64,000 nt of DNA, from contig VXMO01000002.1 of the NCBI GenBank assembly GCA_009841045.1, positions 41,248 through 105,247 on the forward strand, given 5' to 3'. The DNA comes from Dehalococcoidia bacterium (GTDB lineage: Bacteria > Chloroflexota > Dehalococcoidia > UBA6926). The notes under the pieces were generated by a model, which saw nothing but the letters and a program-made list of their open reading frames with translations, made no database searches and had not been told where the DNA came from. Positions 28,032 to 36,447 of the stretch are shown here, in pieces. Every line of letters begins with the position of its first letter. The first letter of the stretch is position 1. The position numbers and the translations under genes were made by a program.

Positions 28032-29369
28032 ATGGCGAGTTATCACCTGTGGACTGTCGGCTGTCAGATGAACGTGGCCGACTCAGACCGGCTTGGCCTC
28101 TCTCTTGACCAGCTGGGTTACGAGTCCGTCCAGAAGGCGGAAGACGCCGACATTGTCGTCCTCAACAGCTGCGTTGTGCGCCAGGGGGCGGAGGACAAGG
28201 TCGTCGGCAGGCTGGATTCGCTCAAGTCGCACAAGAAAAAGAACCCGGACGCGACCATCGCCCTGATGGGCTGCATGGTCGGCCCTCGAACCGACGCCCT
28301 CCGTGAGAGATTCCCTCACGTGGATTTCTTCCTGCGTCCGCAGGATTTCACCGCGCTCGTCGAATTTGCCGCAGACCGGCAAGGTCTCTCCTGCGACACG
28401 GACCAGGCATTCCTCGTCCCGTCACAGCCCACGGTGAGCACCTTCGTGCCCATCATTCAGGGCTGCGATGAGTTCTGCACGTACTGCATCGTGCCCTACC
28501 GGCGTGGCAGGGAGACCAGCCGCCCCGTTGATGAACTGGTCCGGGAAGCCGAGATGCTGGCGGCGCGTGGCGCGAAGGAGATCACTCTCCTCGGCCAGAT
28601 CGTCGATCGCTACGGCCACGATTTGCCGGATAAGCCTGACCTTGCCGATTTGCTCCGCGCCATCCACCCCGTAGAAGGTCTGGAGCGCATCCGATTCCTC
28701 ACGTCCCATCCCCGTGACATGACGCAGCGAATCCTCGATGCCGTCGCGGAACTCCCAAAGGCGTGTGAGCATCTCAATCTGCCGTTCCAGGCCGGTTCGG
28801 ACGAAGTCTTGGAGCGAATGCGCCGTCCGTACACCATCGCGCAATACATGGAACTTATTGAACGCGCCCGCGAAACGATCCCGGGCGTCGCCATCAGCAC
28901 GGATGTTATCGTCGGTTTCTGCGGCGAAACGGACGAGGAGTTCCAGCAAACGATGGACGTGCTGGAGCAGGTGAAGTTCGACATCGTGCATGTCGCGCCC
29001 TACTCAACGCGCCCCGGCACCATCGCGGATCGCAAACTCGTCGATGATGTTCCGCCAAAGGTGAAGATTCAGCGGCGCAAGGCCGTCGAAGAGCTGCAGG
29101 AGCGCATTGCCACAGATCTAAACGCCCTACTGGCCGGTACCCGGCAAGAGATTCTCATCGAACGGCGCGTCAAGGATGCCTGGACAGGCCGCACACGAAC
29201 GAACAAGATCGTTCACGTTCAGGGCTCCGACGCCAACCTTGAGGGCCGTGTCGTCGACGTCGATATCGTGCGCGCGGGTCCTTGGTCCCTGACGGCGGTT
29301 CTGCCTGGCACAGATGCAGCCGATTCAAGTAGCACGCCCATCCGCGAAATAGAGTTGATGCCCTCATAG
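28032..29369 (+). CDS. miaB: tRNA-2-methylthio-N6-dimethylallyladenosine synthase
   Basis: TVGCQMNVADS, LNSCVVR, GCDEFCTYCIVPY radical-SAM motif, C-terminal TRAM domain; start reassigned to ATG 28032. Confidence 0.96.
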   Translation: MASYHLWTVGCQMNVADSDRLGLSLDQLGYESVQKAEDADIVVLNSCVVRQGAEDKVVGRLDSLKSHKKKNPDATIALMGCMVGPRTDALRERFPHVDFFLRPQDFTALVEFAADRQGLSCDTDQAFLVPSQPTVSTFVPIIQGCDEFCTYCIVPYRRGRETSRPVDELVREAEMLAARGAKEITLLGQIVDRYGHDLPDKPDLADLLRAIHPVEGLERIRFLTSHPRDMTQRILDAVAELPKACEHLNLPFQAGSDEVLERMRRPYTIAQYMELIERARETIPGVAISTDVIVGFCGETDEEFQQTMDVLEQVKFDIVHVAPYSTRPGTIADRKLVDDVPPKVKIQRRKAVEELQERIATDLNALLAGTRQEILIERRVKDAWTGRTRTNKIVHVQGSDANLEGRVVDVDIVRAGPWSLTAVLPGTDAADSSSTPIREIELMPS

Positions 29370-29394
29370 ACGCCACCTGCCTCTGAACGCAAAG

Positions 29395-29426
29395 AAAAGG
29401 GGCGGCCATTTGGCCGCCCCTTTTTT
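29395..29426. terminator. Bidirectional intrinsic terminator
   Basis: AAAAGGGGCGGCCA-TT-TGGCCGCCCCTTTTTT between convergent genes. Confidence 0.9.
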
Positions 29427-29454
29427 GTCTGCGAATCGAGTCGCGTGAGCGCGA

Positions 29455-30198
29455 TTACTCCATGCTCTCGACTTCGATGTCCTTGATGGTGATCTCACCG
29501 TTCACCATCGTGCCGGTGAACGTGAATTCCGGCCCGAACACCGCGTGGTTGAATGGAGCCGTCTCAGGATCGAAGAACGTCGTGAACTCAAACCGGTCAC
29601 CGGCTCCGCCGCCGCCCATGCCGCCGTCGACCGCGGTCACGCGATAGGTGGCCGGCTCAGGGTCCGTCCGGCTGCCGTGGACTGCCTTGAACTCATCGGG
29701 CACCAGCGCATTCTCGGTGAGGTCGACTTCTGTGAAGCAGTCCAAAGTTCCCAGAAGAACAATCTGGGTTGAGCCGTCGGCGTTGGTGGAGATTTCATAG
29801 CTATCAACACTATTGGACGCCATGGCCATGTAGAACGTGTGCGCATCAATCGGGATCTCACCCAGCGCGTTCGTCGGCATCACGAAGTCCGTGAAGTTCG
29901 TATCTACACGGCACATTGCGTACTCTGTGCTGAACGAGAAAACCTCATCCATCACGTGCGTCACGCCCATATCAAGCGTCGGCATCGACTTCTCATTAAC
30001 GCCTCCGCCGAATGCGGTAATGGCCGCCAGTTCCTCAACTTGTCCTGAAAGCGCGCTCTTATCGCTCTCGAGGGCTGCGTTGTCGTCCTCCAGTCCGCTG
30101 ATGGTTCCCTGCTGCGAGAAATACACCGCGCCGCCCGCGATGATTGCAAGCACCAATGCCGCAACCGCCGCAATAGAAAGTGGAACGTTATTGTTCAC
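29455..30198 (-). CDS. Hypothetical membrane-anchored/exported acidic protein
   Basis: N-terminal hydrophobic helix, short coiled coil, beta-rich domain; GGAAGGA RBS. Confidence 0.75.
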   Translation of the reverse strand: MNNNVPLSIAAVAALVLAIIAGGAVYFSQQGTISGLEDDNAALESDKSALSGQVEELAAITAFGGGVNEKSMPTLDMGVTHVMDEVFSFSTEYAMCRVDTNFTDFVMPTNALGEIPIDAHTFYMAMASNSVDSYEISTNADGSTQIVLLGTLDCFTEVDLTENALVPDEFKAVHGSRTDPEPATYRVTAVDGGMGGGGAGDRFEFTTFFDPETAPFNHAVFGPEFTFTGTMVNGEITIKDIEVESME

Positions 30199-30296
30199 GT
30201 GAATCCTTCCTTCCCGGGAAAAGCCCGCTCAACAAGTGGCAAACATTTGCCGTTTACTGTATCCCACATTTGCAAAACGGGAAAGCAAATCTATAA

Positions 30297-30312
30297 ATAC
30301 GCATATGCGTAT
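30297..30312. promoter_or_regulatory. Perfect 16-bp palindrome ATACGCATATGCGTAT, candidate operator
   Basis: Lies in an AT-rich intergenic region, with ATCTATAA repeated at 30289 and 30311. Confidence 0.55.
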
Positions 30313-30338
30313 CTATAACAAAGGTAATTTCTATTGAC

Positions 30339-30524
30339 CTAAAGATCCCGTATGGGTTCAAGCATCCATGCCGCCCACGCCCGGAGCTGGTCCTCAATGT
30401 CGTTGCCGCAGCGGGGGCATTCATAGTCGCCGTAGCGGATTCGCGTCTTGCACTCTGGGCAGGAGATAGTTGCGCTGCTCATCGCCTGCACTACGTGGCT
30501 GATCTGTTCTTCGGTGGCACTCAT
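30339..30524 (-). CDS. Small zinc-ribbon protein
   Basis: CPECK...CPRC; about 61 aa from ATG 30524. Confidence 0.65.
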   Translation of the reverse strand: MSATEEQISHVVQAMSSATISCPECKTRIRYGDYECPRCGNDIEDQLRAWAAWMLEPIRDL

Positions 30525-30692
30525 CGGTAAATCGGCATTGTCCCTTCGTAATGATTGCCTACCGATGCTAGCACGGCACAGGGAATCTCGACGCGCATTC
30601 AAGCGCAACTGAAATCGCGGACTAACGGTCAAGTGCGCAGGCGCACACTTCACATCATCTTGGCGGTACGCGGTGACTAAGCAGGGAAACGA

Positions 30693-32468
30693 TTAGGCGC
30701 CCCGCTCCTGCACGAATTTCGCCCGCCGGTGTATCCCTGTCGCCCCGCTTGGGCGATTCCCCATCTGGGCCTCAATCTGCGGCGTCCCGTCGGCCTCGTA
30801 GCCCCGAACCCGCATGCTGTGGTTGCCAGCCTCAAACGGCCAGTCGTATCGCCAGATCACCCACGTCGTGTCTGAAAGCGGTTCGCGAAGCTGTGCTGGC
30901 TGCCACGCTCCGCTGTCCACGCTGACCTCAACACGTGAGATACCGCGGGCCCCGGCATAGGCGATGCCGCCCACCGGCACCAGTGTCTGACCGTCCCGCT
31001 CAAAGACCGCTTGGTCGGATATCGTGTCCACCACGGACGTGGCCCGCACCCGCGCAACCTCATCCCAGTTCCGCGCAACCCAATACCCCGGCGTGTACTC
31101 CTCCTGCACCGTCATGTTAGTAATCCACTTCGGCTGCTTCATCCCATACCGGTCCGGTAGCCAGATGCGAAGCGGGAAGCCGTGCTCGACGGGTATTGGC
31201 CGTTCGTCCCACGCATACGCCAGCATGATCCGCTCATCTTGGTCAATGAGTTCGAGATCCACAATTTCGTGAAATCCGTCGCCACTTTCGATGTTCACGT
31301 ACCGCGCCCCCGGCAGTGGCTGAACGTCCGCTAGAATGTCCTTGAAGCTTGCCCCCGTCCACTGCGTCGTGCTGATCAGCGGACCGGCAATGCGGTTCGA
31401 GATGCAGGAAAGCGTGATGAATTGACTGCGCGGTTCGTAGTCGTCACGGATGTTATCAATCGACAACTCGATGGGATTCGCCACCAGGCCACTTATGGGC
31501 AGCGTCCACGACACCCCATCAATAACCGTAGGCGTCGTCCGGATGAAGATTCGATAGTGATCTTCAACAGCTGTGTACTCGGTCCGCGTCCCGGGTGCAG
31601 GCATCACCGGATCGCCGTCGTTCGGGAACGAGGTAACACCCCCCGCCATCAACTCCTCATCCACACCTTCTGGCATGGTAACTGTCGACCCGCCGCTGCC
31701 CGCCCTGCCGATGAGATTGCCAGTTACGGTTCCGGCAACTGTAATAACTGCCGCGGCTCCCCCCACACGGACAATGAACTCGCGGCGGTTCATCCTACCG
31801 TCGAGTCCCCACGTCGGCTGCGCAGAAGCCTCCTGGTATTGCCGCGTGTGAACGACCGGAGTTGGCTCCGCGACTCCATCCATGTCTTCTGGCACATCGT
31901 CAGAAACTATGGGCTCGGCCGTTGTGTCGGCGCTGGTAGCCATCGGTGTGGGCACGGGCTCTTCCACCGTGCGCGGCAGCACGCCCTCCAGCACAACACC
32001 CGCCGCGTAGCCCCATGCCGCATACACTCCTGTGATCCACACGATGCTTACCAATGCGGGCAGAGTGGAGCCGCCAATCGACAGTGAAACGAACGACATG
32101 GCCAAGCCATTGATGATGCCCGCGACCAGCGCAGCACGGCGCAGGTCAATCGTGAGAACAGGGGCGATGATCGCCACAAGCATGATCAGCGCCACGTCCA
32201 TGGCAAAGAATTGCAGCAGGGCGATGGCCAACTCCGCCGTCTTCGCCGTATCCGCCACGTCCAACCCGACAAGAATCATCCCGTCGATGAACAGATCCAG
32301 CCCGAATGTGACAAGTGGCCCCGGCAGGACGCGTGTTATCCAGTCGAAGAGGTCATACGGAGGGAAGGGTAGCTCGAGGAGTTTGTTCGCCAAATAAAAC
32401 AGCGCCATCAATGGCGCCGTCACCATCACTCCCGCCGCTGCTCCGCCGACTATCCGTGACCAGGGCAT
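30693..32468 (-). CDS. Membrane-anchored molybdopterin oxidoreductase, sulfite oxidase family
   Basis: N-terminal TM helices, internal MNRREF motif, TLSCISN (Mo-ligand Cys), EHGFPLR, YGMKQPKW, GYWVARNW, dimerisation domain. Confidence 0.92.
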   Translation of the reverse strand: MPWSRIVGGAAAGVMVTAPLMALFYLANKLLELPFPPYDLFDWITRVLPGPLVTFGLDLFIDGMILVGLDVADTAKTAELAIALLQFFAMDVALIMLVAIIAPVLTIDLRRAALVAGIINGLAMSFVSLSIGGSTLPALVSIVWITGVYAAWGYAAGVVLEGVLPRTVEEPVPTPMATSADTTAEPIVSDDVPEDMDGVAEPTPVVHTRQYQEASAQPTWGLDGRMNRREFIVRVGGAAAVITVAGTVTGNLIGRAGSGGSTVTMPEGVDEELMAGGVTSFPNDGDPVMPAPGTRTEYTAVEDHYRIFIRTTPTVIDGVSWTLPISGLVANPIELSIDNIRDDYEPRSQFITLSCISNRIAGPLISTTQWTGASFKDILADVQPLPGARYVNIESGDGFHEIVDLELIDQDERIMLAYAWDERPIPVEHGFPLRIWLPDRYGMKQPKWITNMTVQEEYTPGYWVARNWDEVARVRATSVVDTISDQAVFERDGQTLVPVGGIAYAGARGISRVEVSVDSGAWQPAQLREPLSDTTWVIWRYDWPFEAGNHSMRVRGYEADGTPQIEAQMGNRPSGATGIHRRAKFVQERGA

Positions 32469-32513
32469 CGTTAACTCCTACTTCTTACCCCCAATAATAC
32501 TCGTCCCGCCAAC

Positions 32514-33440
32514 CTATGCGGCCAGACGCTGGTCCTCCTCCAGCGCCCCTTCGAGCGCGCGAATCGCCACCTCAATCTGATCATCGTCCGGCTGCCGGGT
32601 TGTTAGTGCCTGCAACAGCAGATTCGGCCAGATGATTGCCTTGACGAGGATGTTCTCAGCGTGGAACCCGCTGAACCTGATGATCTCGTAGCTCAGCCCC
32701 GCAATCAGCGGCAGCACCACAACCCGTGAGATAACGCGATCCACCAATCCCGGCGGCGTCCAGAACACGTGAACGATGATCGCGACCACCAAGACCACCA
32801 GGATGAAAGCCGTGCCGCAGCGCGGATGAGCTGTGTCGTACTGGCGTATCGACGCCACGTCCAACGGCTGCCCGTGCTCCCGGGCGTGGATCGTCATATG
32901 CTCCGCGCCATGGTAGGCAAATACACGCCGTATATCCGGCATCAGCCCAATCAACCCGATGTACGCCACAAACATGAGGAGCCGAATCACCCCCTCAATC
33001 ACGTTGCTCCAGAGATTGGTTGTGTCCAGCCACGAATCAAGCAACCCTGTCGCAAAGACCGGCGTCGCAAAGAAGATCCCGATTGCCAGTAGCAGACTGA
33101 CCCCCACCGAGCTGGCAACCGCCCAGGATGACAGGCCACCCGGCCCGTCATCTGTGTCCGGGTTCCCTTTGCTCTCCTCCTCGGAAGCAACATTCGCGGA
33201 AAAAATCAGCGCCCGTGTCCCCACCACGAGCATCTCGCTCAGGACAATCACACCCCGAACGAATGGAATGCGACGAATCGTCCGCGCCCAGCGCCAACCG
33301 ATGGGCTGTGTTTCAACCAGGATTTCGCCATTGGGGCGGCGCACTGCCATGCTCACGCACGTCTGGCCGCGGATCATCACGCCCTCAATGAGCGCCTGAC
33401 CCCCATAGGTGCTTGCCGTCGGTCGGCCCGCCTCAGTCAT
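32514..33440 (-). CDS. DUF1385 membrane protein
   Basis: YGGQALIEGVM, FAYHGAEH, HPRCGTAF, LQALTTRQP; sits downstream of rpmE. Confidence 0.9.
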   Translation of the reverse strand: MTEAGRPTASTYGGQALIEGVMIRGQTCVSMAVRRPNGEILVETQPIGWRWARTIRRIPFVRGVIVLSEMLVVGTRALIFSANVASEEESKGNPDTDDGPGGLSSWAVASSVGVSLLLAIGIFFATPVFATGLLDSWLDTTNLWSNVIEGVIRLLMFVAYIGLIGLMPDIRRVFAYHGAEHMTIHAREHGQPLDVASIRQYDTAHPRCGTAFILVVLVVAIIVHVFWTPPGLVDRVISRVVVLPLIAGLSYEIIRFSGFHAENILVKAIIWPNLLLQALTTRQPDDDQIEVAIRALEGALEEDQRLAA

Positions 33441-33467
33441 CGCCGTGCGGCGACCACGTAACGAAAG

Positions 33468-33692
33468 TTAACTCTGGCGCCCTTGCTGCTGCGTGGCTTG
33501 CGCGTAGCGGCGGCGCAGCCGCTCAACGCGACCAAGCGTATCGACAATGCGCTGCTGGCCCGTGAAGAACGGGTGACACGTGTTGCACACGTCCACACGA
33601 ATCTCGGGCGTTGTCGCGCCGGTCGTCCATGTGGTCCCGCAGGCGCACGTCACCTGTGTCTGGTAGTACTCAGGGTGAATTCCCGGCTTCAT
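33468..33692 (-). CDS. rpmE: 50S ribosomal protein L31, four-Cys type
   Basis: MKPGIHPEY..CACG..DVCNTCHPFFTG..DTLGRVER. Confidence 0.98.
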   Translation of the reverse strand: MKPGIHPEYYQTQVTCACGTTWTTGATTPEIRVDVCNTCHPFFTGQQRIVDTLGRVERLRRRYAQATQQQGRQS

Positions 33693-33722
33693 CGTTAAGC
33701 TCTCCGCAAATGAAAGGCGCTG

Positions 33723-33983
33723 CTATGCCTCAACAGGATAGACGCTGACACGCTTCTTGGCGCGGGTCTGATGCTCGAACTTGACCGTGCCGTCAATCAG
33801 GGAATACAGCGTGAAATCACGACCGCGACCGACATTGGTTCCCTCAAAGATCTTCGTCCCGCGCTGCCGCAGGATGATTGTCCCTGCTCGCACAGTCTCG
33901 CCGTCGTAGCGCTTCACGCCCAGCCGTTGCCCTTGGCTGTCGCGGCCGTTTCGAGTGGTTCCGCCGCCCTTCTTATGCGCCAT
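33723..33983 (-). CDS. rpmA: 50S ribosomal protein L27
   Basis: [26 protein letters not shown]. Confidence 0.99.
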   Translation of the reverse strand: MAHKKGGGTTRNGRDSQGQRLGVKRYDGETVRAGTIILRQRGTKIFEGTNVGRGRDFTLYSLIDGTVKFEHQTRAKKRVSVYPVEA

Positions 33984-34029
33984 TACTGTCTATCCCTTTT
34001 CGTTTTCTCTTTGCCTTTAGGACAACCCG

Positions 34030-34347
34030 CTATGCAGGAACAATCTCTCGCACGAGCAGTTCTGTGATCGGCTGTCGATGTCCCCGCTTGCGTCGATACC
34101 GCACCTTGGACTTGTACTTGAAGACAACGATCTTCTTGTCCTTGCCCTGCTTCTCGACCTCCGCGATCACCTTCGCCCCTTCAATCGTTGGTCTCCCAAC
34201 AGCGATATCGTCGTCATTGGTAATCATCAGAACCTGGTCAAGCTCGATGAGTTCCCCTTCCTCGGCGTCGAGTTTCTCCACGGAAACCCGCTGGCCGGGG
34301 GACACACGATACTGCTTGCCGCCCGTCTGGACGATTGCGTAGTTGAT
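34030..34347 (-). CDS. rplU: 50S ribosomal protein L21; start uncertain (ATC 34347 or TTG 34362)
   Basis: [30 protein letters not shown]. Confidence 0.97.
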   Translation of the reverse strand: MNYAIVQTGGKQYRVSPGQRVSVEKLDAEEGELIELDQVLMITNDDDIAVGRPTIEGAKVIAEVEKQGKDKKIVVFKYKSKVRYRRKRGHRQPITELLVREIVPA

Positions 34348-34447
34348 GGAAACACCTCTCAAATAAGAACGAAAGTGGCATCAATCATACGGGCCGCCCC
34401 CGCCCTCGGTCAAGAATACGTACCCGTTCTCAATCAGGAATATGTAC

Positions 34448-34480
34448 CCGTTCGTGGTGAGCCTGTCTAACCACGAACGG
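34448..34480. repeat. Small palindromic REP-like element, core TGAGCCTGTC
   Basis: CCGTTCGTGGT-GAGCCTGTCTA-ACCACGAACGG hairpin; related copies at 38482, 41875 and 62722. Confidence 0.75.
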
Positions 34481-34489
34481 CAAGTGCCC

Positions 34490-35065
34490 CTATCTAACGC
34501 TCCACCACTTGACGGGGTTGTCCATGTCCAGCTCCTCCAGCGTTTCAAGCCGGATGATGCGGACCTTTGGCTCCTCCCCGCGATTCAATTCCAGCAGCCC
34601 CACCGTCCCGACAAGGTGATCAAGGTTGTGGGGCAGGGTGGGACTTCCCGGATTTACGCACAATACGTCCTTGACCTTAACGACCTCCTCCGTGTGCGTG
34701 TCGCCAAAGACGATAATGTCCACGGCCCGACCAAACTCATGCCCCATCACCGACTCAATTGTCCGATGTGGCGGAAACTCCGGAATCGCCAGCCCGTGCG
34801 TCAGTCCGATGGAGAACCCCTCGACCTCCATCACCCGTGTCCGTTCGATGCGCGGATCCGCAATCTTCCGAAAAAAATCACCGTTCCCCTCGCATGCGTA
34901 CACGGGCGCGGCGCGTTCAATGTCATCGAGGCATGAAGGGCTGTAGATGTCGCCCGCATGGAGGACAAACTCCGCCCCTGCGCCGGTGAAAACCTCCAAC
35001 GCGCTCTCCGGCAATGCCAAAGGCGCCTCCGGCACGTGCGTATCGGAGATTAAGCCGATGATCAA
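34490..35065 (-). CDS. Metallophosphoesterase, YfcE/MJ0936 family
   Basis: LISDTH, HAGD, EGNGD, LTHG, FGDTH, NPGS. Confidence 0.92.
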   Translation of the reverse strand: MIIGLISDTHVPEAPLALPESALEVFTGAGAEFVLHAGDIYSPSCLDDIERAAPVYACEGNGDFFRKIADPRIERTRVMEVEGFSIGLTHGLAIPEFPPHRTIESVMGHEFGRAVDIIVFGDTHTEEVVKVKDVLCVNPGSPTLPHNLDHLVGTVGLLELNRGEEPKVRIIRLETLEELDMDNPVKWWSVR

Positions 35066-35077
35066 GAGTCGTCCCCG

Positions 35078-36373
35078 TCACTTCTTGAGTGCGACACGTG
35101 CGTCCTTCTCACCAACAACTATCCGTGATACGGCTAGAAGAACGACGTCACGCAGCAAGGAGTGCAGCGCCATGTCGTCATCAGCCAATTGGAGAAGAGA
35201 ATCAATTGCCACCGAGGCGCTTCCATGCGTCCGCGTCGCGTCGCGCAACCGGCCTGCCTCGTGGAACAGCAGCTGCGCCGCCGACCGAATATCCTCTGCG
35301 CGGGTCCGACCCTTCGCTGCCTCCCTGGCCAGGTTGCTTATTCGTAGATCGACTGCCGCCTCGATCCGCGAGGCGATCCCGTCCAGGCCCACCCGTGCCA
35401 GCACCGCAGCATCCAGGTCCCGTGCCCGCCGTGTGTGATAAGAGCAGCGCCCTTGGTTCGTCGCCGCCTCGCACTGGTAGTACCGGTACGTGTTGGAACC
35501 TGAAGACCCGTCATTGCGTGTCCATGATTGGCGGCGTGTTACCCCCACCATGTGGCTGCCACATGCGCTGCAGATTGCTGTCCCGGACAAGAGATAAGGC
35601 CTCCCGGCCCCGTAGCCGGCGCGCTTTGCCCGCTCATCCAGTCGTTCCTGGATTTCCCTGAACAGCGGGGTCGCAACAAGGGCAGGGTGATTTCCGGCAA
35701 CACGCGCCCCAAACCGGTTGTAGGCGCCGGTGTAGACGCGGTTGCGTAGCATGTCGCGGATTGTGACGATGCTCCACGCGCCTCCCCGGCGGGTCCGCAG
35801 TCCGCGTGAATTCAACTCCGCGGCAATAGCGCGGATGCCCTTTCCTTGTGCGGCAAGCCCAAAGATGATCTTGACGACAGTGGCTTCCTCGGGGTGTTCT
35901 TCAAGCTGACCGTGTTCTCCGGTCTTGTATCCGTAAGGAATCCGACCCAGAACGACGCCGCGCAGCGCCTTGCGCGCCATGCTCTGTCGGATCACTTCTC
36001 CCCGGTCTGATGGCGCGTTGCCGTTTTCCGGTGTCAGGGCAATTTCCAGCGGATGTCCCGCAGCCTCCGCTGAGACCAGCTCCACACCCATCGCCTCAAG
36101 ACGAAGCAACTCCTCAATGAGCCGGATACGGGGAATACGGTCCCCGGGTGAAATCATTACGGAGACGCCGGCTGTCTCCTTTTCTTCGATGAGACGTTGG
36201 CGCAGAGCCCAAAAGCCGTCTTCTGTCGCCGCGTACATCCCGTCGAACGGCTCATTACTTTGCTCGGCCGCCCGATCAAGATCGCGGCGGTCTCCCACGC
36301 CGAATAAGATACTTGCCACGGCTCTCTGCTCCCCACCTGAGTCCGCCGCTTTGTGCTTCGTAAATGTTAGCAC
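35078..36373 (-). CDS. Large serine recombinase-like protein (recombinase and Zn-ribbon domains) with degenerate catalytic N-terminus
   Basis: GRIPYGY, IAAELNSRG..TRRGGAW..IRDMLRNRVYTG, HPALV, YLLSG..CSACG..YYQC..C; no YxRxS motif. Confidence 0.85.
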   Translation of the reverse strand: MLTFTKHKAADSGGEQRAVASILFGVGDRRDLDRAAEQSNEPFDGMYAATEDGFWALRQRLIEEKETAGVSVMISPGDRIPRIRLIEELLRLEAMGVELVSAEAAGHPLEIALTPENGNAPSDRGEVIRQSMARKALRGVVLGRIPYGYKTGEHGQLEEHPEEATVVKIIFGLAAQGKGIRAIAAELNSRGLRTRRGGAWSIVTIRDMLRNRVYTGAYNRFGARVAGNHPALVATPLFREIQERLDERAKRAGYGAGRPYLLSGTAICSACGSHMVGVTRRQSWTRNDGSSGSNTYRYYQCEAATNQGRCSYHTRRARDLDAAVLARVGLDGIASRIEAAVDLRISNLAREAAKGRTRAEDIRSAAQLLFHEAGRLRDATRTHGSASVAIDSLLQLADDDMALHSLLRDVVLLAVSRIVVGEKDARVALKK

Positions 36374-36447
36374 ACCGTGCCAACTACCGCGTCGTCTCCC
36401 CTTCCTTGCCCACCCTTCTGTATCACCGCTACCCTAATTTCGAGACC

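Noticed and set aside
33984-34029. Missing prp (ysxB) gene between rplU and rpmA
   Set aside because: L27 starts MAHKK with no cleavable extension, so the absence is expected.
35078-36373. Active prophage or ICE at the recombinase gene
   Set aside because: No catalytic motif, att repeats or mobile cargo seen; both flanks are housekeeping genes.
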